Assembly: GCA_030587475.2 (NCBI GenBank)
Contig: JAUQYZ020000253.1
Location: 1 to 64,000 of the forward strand
Origin: Candidatus Sigynarchaeum calidifontis
GTDB lineage: Archaea; Asgardarchaeota; Lokiarchaeia; Sigyniarchaeales; Sigyniarchaeaceae
DNA length: 64,000 bases
Reading direction: 5' to 3'
Numbering within the stretch: position 1 is the stretch's first letter; each line of letters starts with the position of its first letter. The notes under the pieces are model-generated. The model saw only the letters and a program-made list of their open reading frames with translations. It searched no databases and had not been told where the DNA came from. Below, in pieces: positions 8,323 to 17,238 of the stretch. Both the position numbers and the translations under genes were made by a program.

Positions 8323-9450
8323 GTGTCTTCGGGAGACATGATACAGGTGACAGGTGACATGATGGGGAAATTTGCCTACATGCTAGCGATCATAATGATA
8401 TATGATTTGTTTTATACCGTCTTTGCTACAAATCACCTGGCTTTGTTTCCAGAGATGTTCAAGACCGAGCAGAAGCGTAGCAAAGCAAATGCTATCAAGA
8501 ACACGATGACTATTGTTGGCGTGTTGATCGGCTTCGTGTTGCCGACCTTGCTCATTTCCACCCTCGTGCCAAAAAATAATACCCCCGAGGAGGTTAACCG
8601 GGTCGCGGGCATGTATATTTCCACGGGAGTCTTGCTTTGCGTGCTGGTGATCATGTTCGGGCTGCTGTTCGCCGGGCTGGGCATGAAGGAGGACCCCGCG
8701 GCCCTCACCAGGCCGCAAGAGATGCCGCCGCTGCTCTCCTCAATTAAAATGACCTTGAAGAACAAGACCTTCGTCATTTTCGTAACTGCAAATCTCTTCA
8801 AATGGTATGTCTTCAAGATGCTCACGACTATCATTCCTTTGTATGGCATCCACGTGCTCGGCATTCCAGAAGGCTCCTTTCTCTTGAGCCTCTTGTTGCT
8901 TATCGCGTTCCTTAGCGCCGCGGCCTTTTTCCCCGTTTGCAGGAAACTCGGCTTGAAAGTCGGTATGCGGAATGGCATGATGATCACGACGTTTATCTGG
9001 ATTTTCGCCTTGATCCCGTTCTGGTTTCTCGATAACCAGCCTTACATGGCAATGGTCTGCATGGTTTTCACGGGCATCGGCTTGAGCGGTTCGATGTACT
9101 ACGTCGACATCTTGATAGCCAGCATCGTCGACGAGGACGAGGTGTTACACGGCAAGCGGCGCGAGGGCGCGATCTACGGGGTCAATGCCTTGATCAACCG
9201 GTATTCCACGATCCTGGTTTTCATCGTCATCGCTTGGACCTTGTCGGGATACGGCTGGGAAAATTACCTGGTCGGCACCTCGCTCGGCACGACCGCAACG
9301 CTTCAAACCGGCTTGAAGATGCTCATGGTCCCGCTCTCGATCATCGGGCTCGTCGTGGTGCTCGTGTTGCTGAAAGTATTCCCGCTCCACGGCGAGAGAT
9401 GGAAGGACGTGCAAGAGAAATTGAGGGCCATCCGCGAGCGAAAAGGATGA
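8323..9450 (+). CDS. MFS transporter, GPH/MelB-like; lacks the N-terminal helices (probable 5'-truncated gene)
   Basis: LFPEMF...R and DEDEVLHGKRREGAIYG motifs. Only ~9 TM, no 'DP..G..SD...RWGRR' N-terminus, in-frame TGA at 8287. Confidence 0.75.
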   Translation: MSSGDMIQVTGDMMGKFAYMLAIIMIYDLFYTVFATNHLALFPEMFKTEQKRSKANAIKNTMTIVGVLIGFVLPTLLISTLVPKNNTPEEVNRVAGMYISTGVLLCVLVIMFGLLFAGLGMKEDPAALTRPQEMPPLLSSIKMTLKNKTFVIFVTANLFKWYVFKMLTTIIPLYGIHVLGIPEGSFLLSLLLLIAFLSAAAFFPVCRKLGLKVGMRNGMMITTFIWIFALIPFWFLDNQPYMAMVCMVFTGIGLSGSMYYVDILIASIVDEDEVLHGKRREGAIYGVNALINRYSTILVFIVIAWTLSGYGWENYLVGTSLGTTATLQTGLKMLMVPLSIIGLVVVLVLLKVFPLHGERWKDVQEKLRAIRERKG

Positions 9451-9527
9451 ACTCTCCTTCTCCCTTCTGATGCGTGATTCTCGAGCATCATCACGGATAG
9501 ATAGAAAAAAGAATAATGTTGTTGATG

Positions 9528-11108
9528 TCAAGACTTGTGCAGTCGTTCACTCATTTTCTTCGAAAACTTGTAGATCTCCAGGAACTCCTTGAATAACTTG
9601 TCATACACGGCACGATTTGCCGGGTTTGGCTTGTATTCATTGGAAATCTTGATGCATTGCCCGATCTCCTCCTCCTTGAGAAGGCCCAGGCCGACCGCCG
9701 CGATGAACGCTGCCCCGCGGGCGTTCGCCTGAATGGGCTGCGCGACCTGCCGGATCGGCCTGTCCAACACGTCGGCGAAAATCTGGCACCAGATGTTGCT
9801 ATTGGCGCCACCACCAATGATGTTGAGCCATTTAAAACGTTGATTGATGAATTTTTCGGCGTAAATGAGGAGCCATCTGACGTTATAGGCAACGCCCTCG
9901 AATATTGCACGGATGATATGCTCGCGGCTCATCTCGAGGGACAGGTTGTGGAGCCCGCCCCGTAGCGAGTGCTGGTCAACCGGCGTGCGTTCGCCGAAGA
10001 CCCACGGGGTGAAGATCAAGTTGTTGCTCCCCGGCTCGACACGCTCGGCCATTTTATCGAAGATCTTGTAGACATCTGGTACCCGCTCCTCCTTGAGCAA
10101 TTCGTCCTTGTGATAGAGTACCTTGTCGCGCAAGAATTGGAGGCAACCGCCGGCCAGTTCTTGCTCGTCGATGAGCAGGTATTTTCCCTTGAACGCACTG
10201 GGAACCGAAGCAAGATTGTGAGGGGCATCGGTCTTCTTAAAGGGCACATGACAGCACAGCCAATCCGAGGTCCCGATACAGATATGCCCCTCGAAGTTGT
10301 TGACCGCGCCGGAGCCCACTGCAGCCGCGTGCAGGTCCGGGGCACCCAAGACCACCTTCGTGCCCTTGTTCAAGCCGAGTTCCCCCGCGACCGCATCAGT
10401 GATGGGGCCAAGCACGTCGGTCGAGTTCATCAGCTCGGGAAACTTGTCTTGCTCCACGCCGAGCATCTTCAACAAAGGTTTTGAATACTTGATCTTGTTC
10501 ATCTTGCGGATGTCCGTAATCCAGTGCATGTGGATCGACGCGTATGACGCGGCGATCTTGCCCGTTAGCTTCAAGTTTATAAAGTCTTGAGGTTCCAGGA
10601 ACTTGTACGTGCTCTTGTACACGTCTGGCAGCTGTTCCTTGATGTAGAGAACGTGGGCGATCGGATCCTTCCCCGAACGGGTTGGCCCGCCGCCCGTGAT
10701 GTTTATCCATTTCAACAGCTTGAACAGGTTATATCCAGACACCTTGATGAGCCCTTTATGGAGCTTCTCCATGATATAGGCACCACGCGTGTCCATCCAG
10801 ATCATCGAGTTCATCAAGTGATTGCCGTCCTTGTCCACGGGAACGGTACCGCTCCACTGGCTCGTGTTGCACACGCCGACGATTTTTTCAACCGGCACGC
10901 TACCCTTGTCTATTAACTTTTTTGTCGTGGCCTTGATGGCATCCCACCACTCTGCCGGGTCTTGTTCCGCCTTTCCACCCTTGTCCAGGTACAGCTTCAC
11001 GTCTTGGAATGCCCAGTCGATGACGTCGCCGCGGATCGACACGATGGCGGTCTTAGCGCCCGAGGTTCCATGGTCAATCGCGAGAATGTACTTGTCCTTT
11101 TCGTCCAT
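9528..11108 (-). CDS. FGGY-family carbohydrate kinase (xylulokinase-like)
   Basis: IDHGTSGAK, EQDP, WMDTR, GERTP, RAIFEGVA, GGGA motifs. Confidence 0.92.
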   Translation of the reverse strand: MDEKDKYILAIDHGTSGAKTAIVSIRGDVIDWAFQDVKLYLDKGGKAEQDPAEWWDAIKATTKKLIDKGSVPVEKIVGVCNTSQWSGTVPVDKDGNHLMNSMIWMDTRGAYIMEKLHKGLIKVSGYNLFKLLKWINITGGGPTRSGKDPIAHVLYIKEQLPDVYKSTYKFLEPQDFINLKLTGKIAASYASIHMHWITDIRKMNKIKYSKPLLKMLGVEQDKFPELMNSTDVLGPITDAVAGELGLNKGTKVVLGAPDLHAAAVGSGAVNNFEGHICIGTSDWLCCHVPFKKTDAPHNLASVPSAFKGKYLLIDEQELAGGCLQFLRDKVLYHKDELLKEERVPDVYKIFDKMAERVEPGSNNLIFTPWVFGERTPVDQHSLRGGLHNLSLEMSREHIIRAIFEGVAYNVRWLLIYAEKFINQRFKWLNIIGGGANSNIWCQIFADVLDRPIRQVAQPIQANARGAAFIAAVGLGLLKEEEIGQCIKISNEYKPNPANRAVYDKLFKEFLEIYKFSKKMSERLHKS

Positions 11109-11141
11109 TTTATTCGCCTCCTTTCTATAATGAAAAAATGA

Positions 11142-12419
11142 TTAGAAGTCCATTCGCTTCACGTTGCCATGCTCGTCGATGGACTCGTAGATGAGCGGGG
11201 ACTGCTTGGACTTGATCTTGTTATCAACACCCATAGCCTCTTGCATGAGGGCGAGGAATTGCATGGCATCCACGCACGCCTCGGGCGGTAGCACGCCCTT
11301 CTGCTTGATCTTGCCCCGTTGCAACATTATCGCCCCGAAGGCGCATGGTATACCCGTTGCCTCGCCGAGCGCTTGTCCCTTCCCCGCGCCCTCTGACACG
11401 AGCGAAAACACGTATGTTCGCGGTTCCAGCGTGCCTTTTTTCTTTCCCTTGCAAACGATCTTGACACACCCTCGTTGCTCGCCAAAATTGACTCGCTTCA
11501 ATATCTCGTCGCGCTTCTTGATCAGGTAGGCGATGGCGAACTCGTGGGGGATGACTTTCTGGTCGCCAACCAGGACGGGCTCCTTGCTCGATAAACCGCA
11601 GCGGTGAATAGTCCTGGTGAGATTGTAATATTCCTCCGGCAGCACGCTGCCCTTGTTCGTGACGCGTTTCAATCCATTCTTTATGAACATGGGGAGCGTG
11701 ATGGGCTCCGGATGCGGATACGGGTAGACCTTGTGCTTGCCAGGAAGATTGATGAACTCGACCATCTCCGTGTAATTCTCGCTCTCGGCTTGGCTTAGCT
11801 TTACCGCCTTTCCATCGAGAAACATGGGAACATCAACATCCATGCAATAGAACCGGTGCGCGATGACCCCGGGTCCTTCGGTTGGCTCCCCGCCATGCGT
11901 GTGGAACATATCGATGGACTCGCACTCTTCGAGCAAGTCCCGCGCGGCATAGCCAGCCAGCAAGTTGGTCACGCCGGGGCTGGAGCCCATGCCGATCAGC
12001 GCCGTGATGTTCGCTTTCTTGGCCGCCGCGTCCATGGCGAGTGCCTCGTAAGTGGCACCCGTGTCGTCGTTCACGTCGACATAATTGATACCAGTCTCGA
12101 TAACGGCGGACAGAACGGGTTTCAGGAACTTGTAGTATGGCCCGATGCAATTAACGACAATGTCAGCCCCCTTGATGGCTTGTTTCACGCTCGATGCGTC
12201 GCTCGCGTTTACTTGTATCGCCGAAACCTTTTCACCGAGTTGTGTAGCCAGCGCAGTGGCTTTCTTCAGATCGATGTCGCCGATGACGACCTCAGAGAAA
12301 TCCTTCGATTTCGCGAGGGTCTTGGTTGCGGCGGTGCCAACAACCCCACAGCCGCCCAGCACGACCGCCCGGGCCGGTTTTTTTTCGCGGCGGGACGGGG
12401 TGCCTCCATTGCTTGACAT
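11142..12419 (-). CDS. Saccharopine dehydrogenase-like NAD(P)-dependent oxidoreductase
   Basis: GGCGVVG Rossmann motif, NCIGPYY, YVD, GMGSSPGVTN, HPE, GVLPPE. Confidence 0.85.
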   Translation of the reverse strand: MSSNGGTPSRREKKPARAVVLGGCGVVGTAATKTLAKSKDFSEVVIGDIDLKKATALATQLGEKVSAIQVNASDASSVKQAIKGADIVVNCIGPYYKFLKPVLSAVIETGINYVDVNDDTGATYEALAMDAAAKKANITALIGMGSSPGVTNLLAGYAARDLLEECESIDMFHTHGGEPTEGPGVIAHRFYCMDVDVPMFLDGKAVKLSQAESENYTEMVEFINLPGKHKVYPYPHPEPITLPMFIKNGLKRVTNKGSVLPEEYYNLTRTIHRCGLSSKEPVLVGDQKVIPHEFAIAYLIKKRDEILKRVNFGEQRGCVKIVCKGKKKGTLEPRTYVFSLVSEGAGKGQALGEATGIPCAFGAIMLQRGKIKQKGVLPPEACVDAMQFLALMQEAMGVDNKIKSKQSPLIYESIDEHGNVKRMDF

Positions 12420-12520
12420 ATGTCAACTTCCATCTGGGGGGTAAAAGAACCTTCTTGCATCCCAGCCGCCCCAAAAGTTCTTGTGGTGCCGCGGACACGG
12501 ACTCGTGGTGAACAAGCGCG

Positions 12521-13411
12521 ATGGCTGGCAAGAGAAAGGTAGAGGAACCGCGCGCCGCGGAAAAAACGTGTGCCGCGGGGAATCACGTCTTGCGAATCGA
12601 CGGTCCCGACCAGAAAGGATTGATTCATAAAATTACAGGAGTCATCTTCGACAACAAGCTCAACATCATCAGCAATCACGAGTTTGTCGACCCTCAGAGT
12701 GGTCACTTCTTCATGAGATCCGAGTTCACGGGTGAGGTCGACGAGAACAGATTGATTGCCGATCTCCATACAGCACTCCCCGCGCAGTTCAATATCGTCA
12801 TGACCCATCCCGGCAAGAAAGGTATCATTGTTCTCGCTACGAAAGAACACCATTGCCTCGCTGATTTGCTCATCCGCAACGAGTTCAACAAGATCAACGC
12901 GACGATCCTGGCCGTCATCAGCAACCACGACGTGTTGCGACATCTCGTTGAGAAATTCAAGATCCCGTTCCATCTTGTTCCTAGCGAGGGCAAGACCCGG
13001 GAAGCACACGAGGCCGAGATTATAAAAATTCTTGACCAATACAAGCCCGACTACCTCGTGCTCGCCAAGTACATGCGAATCTTCACGCCCGCATTCGTCG
13101 AAAAGTTCAAGAACCGCATCGTGAACATACACCACTCGTTTTTACCCGCATTCATCGGTGTCAATCCTTACGAGCAGGCATTCCAGCGCGGCGTGAAGAT
13201 CATCGGCGCGACATCGCATTTCGTGACCGCTAACCTTGACGAAGGGCCGATCATCGTGCAAGAGGTGATCGAGATCGACCACACGTTTTCCGCCGAGGCC
13301 ATGCGCCAGGCCGGCGAGGACATCGAGGTACTAACGCTCGCCAAGGCGCTCAAGTACGTGCTCGAAGACCGGGTCTTCATCAACGCGAACAAGACCATCA
13401 TCTTCAAGTAA
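12521..13411 (+). CDS. purU: Formyltetrahydrofolate deformylase
   Basis: N-terminal ACT domain, LAKYMRI, NIHHSFLPAFIG, GVKIIGATSHFVT, LDEGPII. Confidence 0.95.
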   Translation: MAGKRKVEEPRAAEKTCAAGNHVLRIDGPDQKGLIHKITGVIFDNKLNIISNHEFVDPQSGHFFMRSEFTGEVDENRLIADLHTALPAQFNIVMTHPGKKGIIVLATKEHHCLADLLIRNEFNKINATILAVISNHDVLRHLVEKFKIPFHLVPSEGKTREAHEAEIIKILDQYKPDYLVLAKYMRIFTPAFVEKFKNRIVNIHHSFLPAFIGVNPYEQAFQRGVKIIGATSHFVTANLDEGPIIVQEVIEIDHTFSAEAMRQAGEDIEVLTLAKALKYVLEDRVFINANKTIIFK

Positions 13412-13433
13412 AGAAAAAAGAAAGCCACGAAAC

Positions 13434-14618
13434 CTAGTACCCGCGCATGAAGAGCCAGAGCATCATCTTGCCGACCATGGCCGTTTCATTTCCAGCAAAA
13501 GCATGGTTGCCCGTGTCGAACACGATGTAATTTTCCCTCGGCATCTTCAAGAAATCACGGTTCAGCTCGAAATTCTTGTAAAAGACGACCATGTCATCCT
13601 TGCAATGGGCGAGCATGACCCGGTAATCGTTGTTCACATCCGCCCAGACCGGGTGATCGAAGAATCCCTTCGTGCGGTTGAATGAATTATAAATGGGAGA
13701 GACCATGCGGTTCTGCAGCTTGGTCGGGTCGAGATTGATGCCCATGAACTCGTAACCGGCCTTGATGACTTTTTCCATGAAGGATTTCAGCGGCCGGGTC
13801 GCCGTTAGCATGAAATCGGCCCAGGTGCACAAGGCAATGATGAACTTCACCCTGGTATCGAGGTATGCCTCGTTCAAGACGATACCGCCGCCCATCGATG
13901 CGCCCCACGCGATGATCTGGTTGGTGTCAAAATCACCCTTTTCTTTCGCCCTGGCTTCCACGAAGTCCACGACCTTGCTGAAATCCTTGATGATGTATGC
14001 GGTGTCCCACTTGTTCCCGAACCTGGCTTGGCCGTGGCCGCGCGAGTCATAAAAAAGCAGCGCGAAGCCGAGAAACGACATCGGAATCCCGAGGGGATAG
14101 AAATCCTCCTTTCGGCCACCCATGCCGTGGCACACGATGACGACGGGGGCATTCTTCGCCGGCGTGTTCGGCCCCTTGATGATCATGCCCGGGAGCGCGT
14201 TCCCGCCACCGATGGGGATGTCGACGGGCTCGTAGGAGACCTGATCGGAACGTGTCGGGACTGGAAACCGGCTAAACGCGGCCATCTTGGCCATGATCCA
14301 CTTCACCACCGACACGTCGAGCCCGAGCCACGCGGCCATGAGGATGAAGCTCGGGAGCCAGCCTTGCCCACCGATTTCCCAGCCGATGGACGAGCCAAGG
14401 CCGTCCTGGATCCAGGCTGGTATCCACACGACGACTGGAGGTACGCCAAGGATGATCACGAGCTGCAAGAGGAACTTTTTCAAGAACTCGGACTCCCAGT
14501 TGATGCCCGATGGCCGTTTTATACCGAGTTCCTTGTCAAGCCGTCTCAATTCCTCGGGGGTAATCGGGACGGGACGTGCTGCATGCTTTGCCCCCGGCTT
14601 TTCGAGTTGTTGATTCAT
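13434..14618 (-). CDS. Membrane-anchored alpha/beta hydrolase
   Basis: Two N-terminal TMs, CHGMGG, DSRGHG, GASMGG nucleophile elbow, HCKDD, GNH. Confidence 0.85.
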   Translation of the reverse strand: MNQQLEKPGAKHAARPVPITPEELRRLDKELGIKRPSGINWESEFLKKFLLQLVIILGVPPVVVWIPAWIQDGLGSSIGWEIGGQGWLPSFILMAAWLGLDVSVVKWIMAKMAAFSRFPVPTRSDQVSYEPVDIPIGGGNALPGMIIKGPNTPAKNAPVVIVCHGMGGRKEDFYPLGIPMSFLGFALLFYDSRGHGQARFGNKWDTAYIIKDFSKVVDFVEARAKEKGDFDTNQIIAWGASMGGGIVLNEAYLDTRVKFIIALCTWADFMLTATRPLKSFMEKVIKAGYEFMGINLDPTKLQNRMVSPIYNSFNRTKGFFDHPVWADVNNDYRVMLAHCKDDMVVFYKNFELNRDFLKMPRENYIVFDTGNHAFAGNETAMVGKMMLWLFMRGY

Positions 14619-15400
14619 GGCATGACCACCCCTGTCGGCGTGAATTGCTTGTACCGCGGTTTTATGGCCTTGTTCATGGCGATGGAAAAAAACGCCGCGA
14701 CGATCATCTCTTGCGAGAGAAACACGTGGCCGCCCATGTCGAGCAACAAGTATCCCTTCTCGTCGATGCCGAGGGCGTCCTTGTTGTTTTTAAAATCGGC
14801 GAACGGCGCGACCTCGTCGTCCTTGCAATGGGCCAGGAAGATCTTGCCCTTCGCGCCGCTTGCTCGCTCCATGTCCAGGCGGGGTATCCCGCCGCAGCAG
14901 ATGGCCTTCACGTCGCCGTCATTGGCACCCGCGTAGACCCCGGCCAGTGCCGGAATCCCGAAGCCCACGATACCGATGCGCGACCCGTCGACCTTGGCAT
15001 TCTCGACCAGTGCTTTTTTAAAAGCAGGAAAGGCATTCACTATTTTATCGACGAGCTGCTGGTCAGTAATGCCTTTCGCGACCAGCTCGACCGCGAGCGT
15101 CGGGAGCCCCTGGAGCCCGTAACAAGCCCCCCAGTGCTCGAAGGCCGGGTACTTCACGCCGCGATCCGGGAGCAAGATCACGCCCGGCATCTCTGGACCG
15201 TCATCGAAGTCGGTGGACGTGTACAAGAACGCCCGGTAGGTCGTACCACCGGCCGTGATGGCGATTTCCTTCCGCTGCAAGTTATCCGTGAACACCTGGC
15301 CCCACCGAGGCGCGCGCAAGGTCCTGATGATCGACACGACCACGATGCCGATCGCCCCGAGGATGCCCGCGAGCGCTATCCAGAAAACGACGATAAACAT
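14615..15400 (-). CDS. Membrane-anchored alpha/beta hydrolase paralogue lacking the catalytic Ser
   Basis: N-terminal TM; IGIVGFGIPA in place of GxSxG; shares LAHCKDD and GxH with the downstream paralogue; 4-nt overlap. Confidence 0.75.
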   Translation of the reverse strand: MFIVVFWIALAGILGAIGIVVVSIIRTLRAPRWGQVFTDNLQRKEIAITAGGTTYRAFLYTSTDFDDGPEMPGVILLPDRGVKYPAFEHWGACYGLQGLPTLAVELVAKGITDQQLVDKIVNAFPAFKKALVENAKVDGSRIGIVGFGIPALAGVYAGANDGDVKAICCGGIPRLDMERASGAKGKIFLAHCKDDEVAPFADFKNNKDALGIDEKGYLLLDMGGHVFLSQEMIVAAFFSIAMNKAIKPRYKQFTPTGVVMP

Positions 15401-15418
15401 TATTTGGAGTCACCCGCT

Positions 15419-16831
15419 TCAATCTTTCGGGCGCAGGTCGAGGATGCGCTTTTCCTTGAGCTCCTTTTCCATCCCGAGGGACTGGCTCATGCCGTCGGCG
15501 GTGAGCACCTTGATGGCTGATGGGGCGATCTCCATCTTCTCCTGGATGTAGTTTGAAAGATCCGCGGCAAGCTTCTTCTCGGGGATGGCCTTGCCCTTCT
15601 TGAGACTGACGTTGATGATGAGATCGTCGATTTGTGTCTCCTTGTTGCGCTGCAAGATGACCTGCCACTCGTCGATGGACGGGTACTCGGGCATGATCGT
15701 GTAGAACTGGTTGAGGTCGACCAGCGTGCCCTTGACCTTGTCGAAACGCACGTCCTTGACTTCGGACACCCTGCCGATCATGGACGAGATGATGGGCACA
15801 GAGCGGCCGCAGTGCGGGCATTTCTCGTACTTGATGCCCTCCTCGGCGACGTCGCCCGTGCGATAGTTCATAACGATCGTGCCGCGGCCACCCAGCGCGG
15901 TCCAGACCAGCTCCCCCTTTTCGTTCGGGCCGACGCGCTCGCCTGTCTTGGGGTCGATGCAGTACCAGAGCTCGAGATCCGGGTAGGTGTGGTACCCGGT
16001 CAAGTCGCCGTCGACGCCCCGCGGGTCGGGACACTCGAGCGGGGCCATGCGAGACTCCGTAAAGCCATATGCCGCGCAGATGCAAGGATTCGGGGCGTTC
16101 ATCTCCTTGAGGAGGCCCACGATCTGCTTGCGGAAGGTTTTCGTGCAGCGGTCCCCGCCCGTGATGAGCAAGCGGATGTCGCTCAGCTGCTTCTCGGCGC
16201 CATGCGCGGTCTTGAAGACGTGGTACATGTACCCGGGAACGCCGACGAACACGCTTGCCTTGAAGCCGTAGGTCATGCCCACGATCTTCTGGGTGCCCAG
16301 GATCTTGCCGCCGCCCGTGTGGACTGCCGTGAGACCCTGCCCGGTCGTGGCGTAGTAGACCAGCCAGAAGGCAAGGTGCGGCGAGTAGGGGAAAGAGTTG
16401 ATCACGACATCCTTCGGGTTCATCCCCGTAACAGCGACGAGGCGCTTGGCGACGACATCCATCACGTTTTGTAGATCCCAGTTCGTGTACCAGAAGGGAG
16501 TGCTGAATGCCGTGCGTCCAGTGGTGGCAATCATGAACCGGGGTTGATATTCGGCATCATTTATGTTCTGCATGATATAATAATCCGGAACATATGGATT
16601 CTCGTCCACGGGCGCGATGTCCTTCTTGCTCGTGAACGGGAATTTCTTGATGAAATCATCGACGCCCGTGATGCTGGCCGGGTCGATGTTCTTTTCCTTC
16701 ATGGCCTTCTTGTATGCCGGATGGTACTTGGCGACCTCGTTGAGCATGTACTTGATCTTCTTGTCCTGGAGCCGTTTTTGTTCGTCGAAAGGCATCTTGT
16801 CCCAGTTGTCGACCGCGTGTGATTGTGACAT
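15419..16831 (-). CDS. Phenylacetate-CoA ligase (PaaK)-like adenylate-forming enzyme
   Basis: PFTSKKD, TTGRT, AYGFTE, YRTGD, IGR, VKGT motifs. Confidence 0.85.
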   Translation of the reverse strand: MSQSHAVDNWDKMPFDEQKRLQDKKIKYMLNEVAKYHPAYKKAMKEKNIDPASITGVDDFIKKFPFTSKKDIAPVDENPYVPDYYIMQNINDAEYQPRFMIATTGRTAFSTPFWYTNWDLQNVMDVVAKRLVAVTGMNPKDVVINSFPYSPHLAFWLVYYATTGQGLTAVHTGGGKILGTQKIVGMTYGFKASVFVGVPGYMYHVFKTAHGAEKQLSDIRLLITGGDRCTKTFRKQIVGLLKEMNAPNPCICAAYGFTESRMAPLECPDPRGVDGDLTGYHTYPDLELWYCIDPKTGERVGPNEKGELVWTALGGRGTIVMNYRTGDVAEEGIKYEKCPHCGRSVPIISSMIGRVSEVKDVRFDKVKGTLVDLNQFYTIMPEYPSIDEWQVILQRNKETQIDDLIINVSLKKGKAIPEKKLAADLSNYIQEKMEIAPSAIKVLTADGMSQSLGMEKELKEKRILDLRPKD

Positions 16832-16852
16832 CGGTTCTTTTTCCCCTCTTCT

Positions 16853-17050
16853 TTAATCGATTTCGTCGAGCGTGAGCTCGCGCAATTTCTTGGACTTGCA
16901 AGACTTGCTCGGGCACTTGTTGCCTTTCTTCTTGGCACACTTGGCGCATACCAGGCGCAAACAATCCTCGCAAATCAGCAGCTTGTTATCGCCAGCGATG
17001 GGCTGGTGACTCGAGAGCAAAAATCCACACTCGTTGCATGATTTTGTCAT
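16853..17050 (-). CDS. Small 8-Cys zinc-finger protein
   Basis: CNEC, CEDC, CAKC, CPSKSC; 21 nt upstream of the PaaK-like gene. Confidence 0.7.
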   Translation of the reverse strand: MTKSCNECGFLLSSHQPIAGDNKLLICEDCLRLVCAKCAKKKGNKCPSKSCKSKKLRELTLDEID

Positions 17051-17238
17051 TCTAAACCAGTCTCCTTAATTGGTAGGTGATGATATTCCGAGTTCTGCTC
17101 GTGGCAATTAAAGGTTATAGCAAAGAATCACGGCGTGGCTCGCCGATCCTTTCACGTTTAAAATATACATTAATATAATGCCAAGTTCAAGCGGTGTCCA
17201 TCTTAATGATTATAACTCCCGTGGGAGATTGACCTTCC

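Noticed and set aside
14028-16474. Long plus-strand ORFs (302, 314, 280 aa) and similar antisense ORFs throughout, e.g. 21601-22518, 34841-35947, 53205-54131
   Set aside because: Antisense shadows expected from GC-rich codon usage; no recognisable motifs, and they fully overlap well-supported genes.
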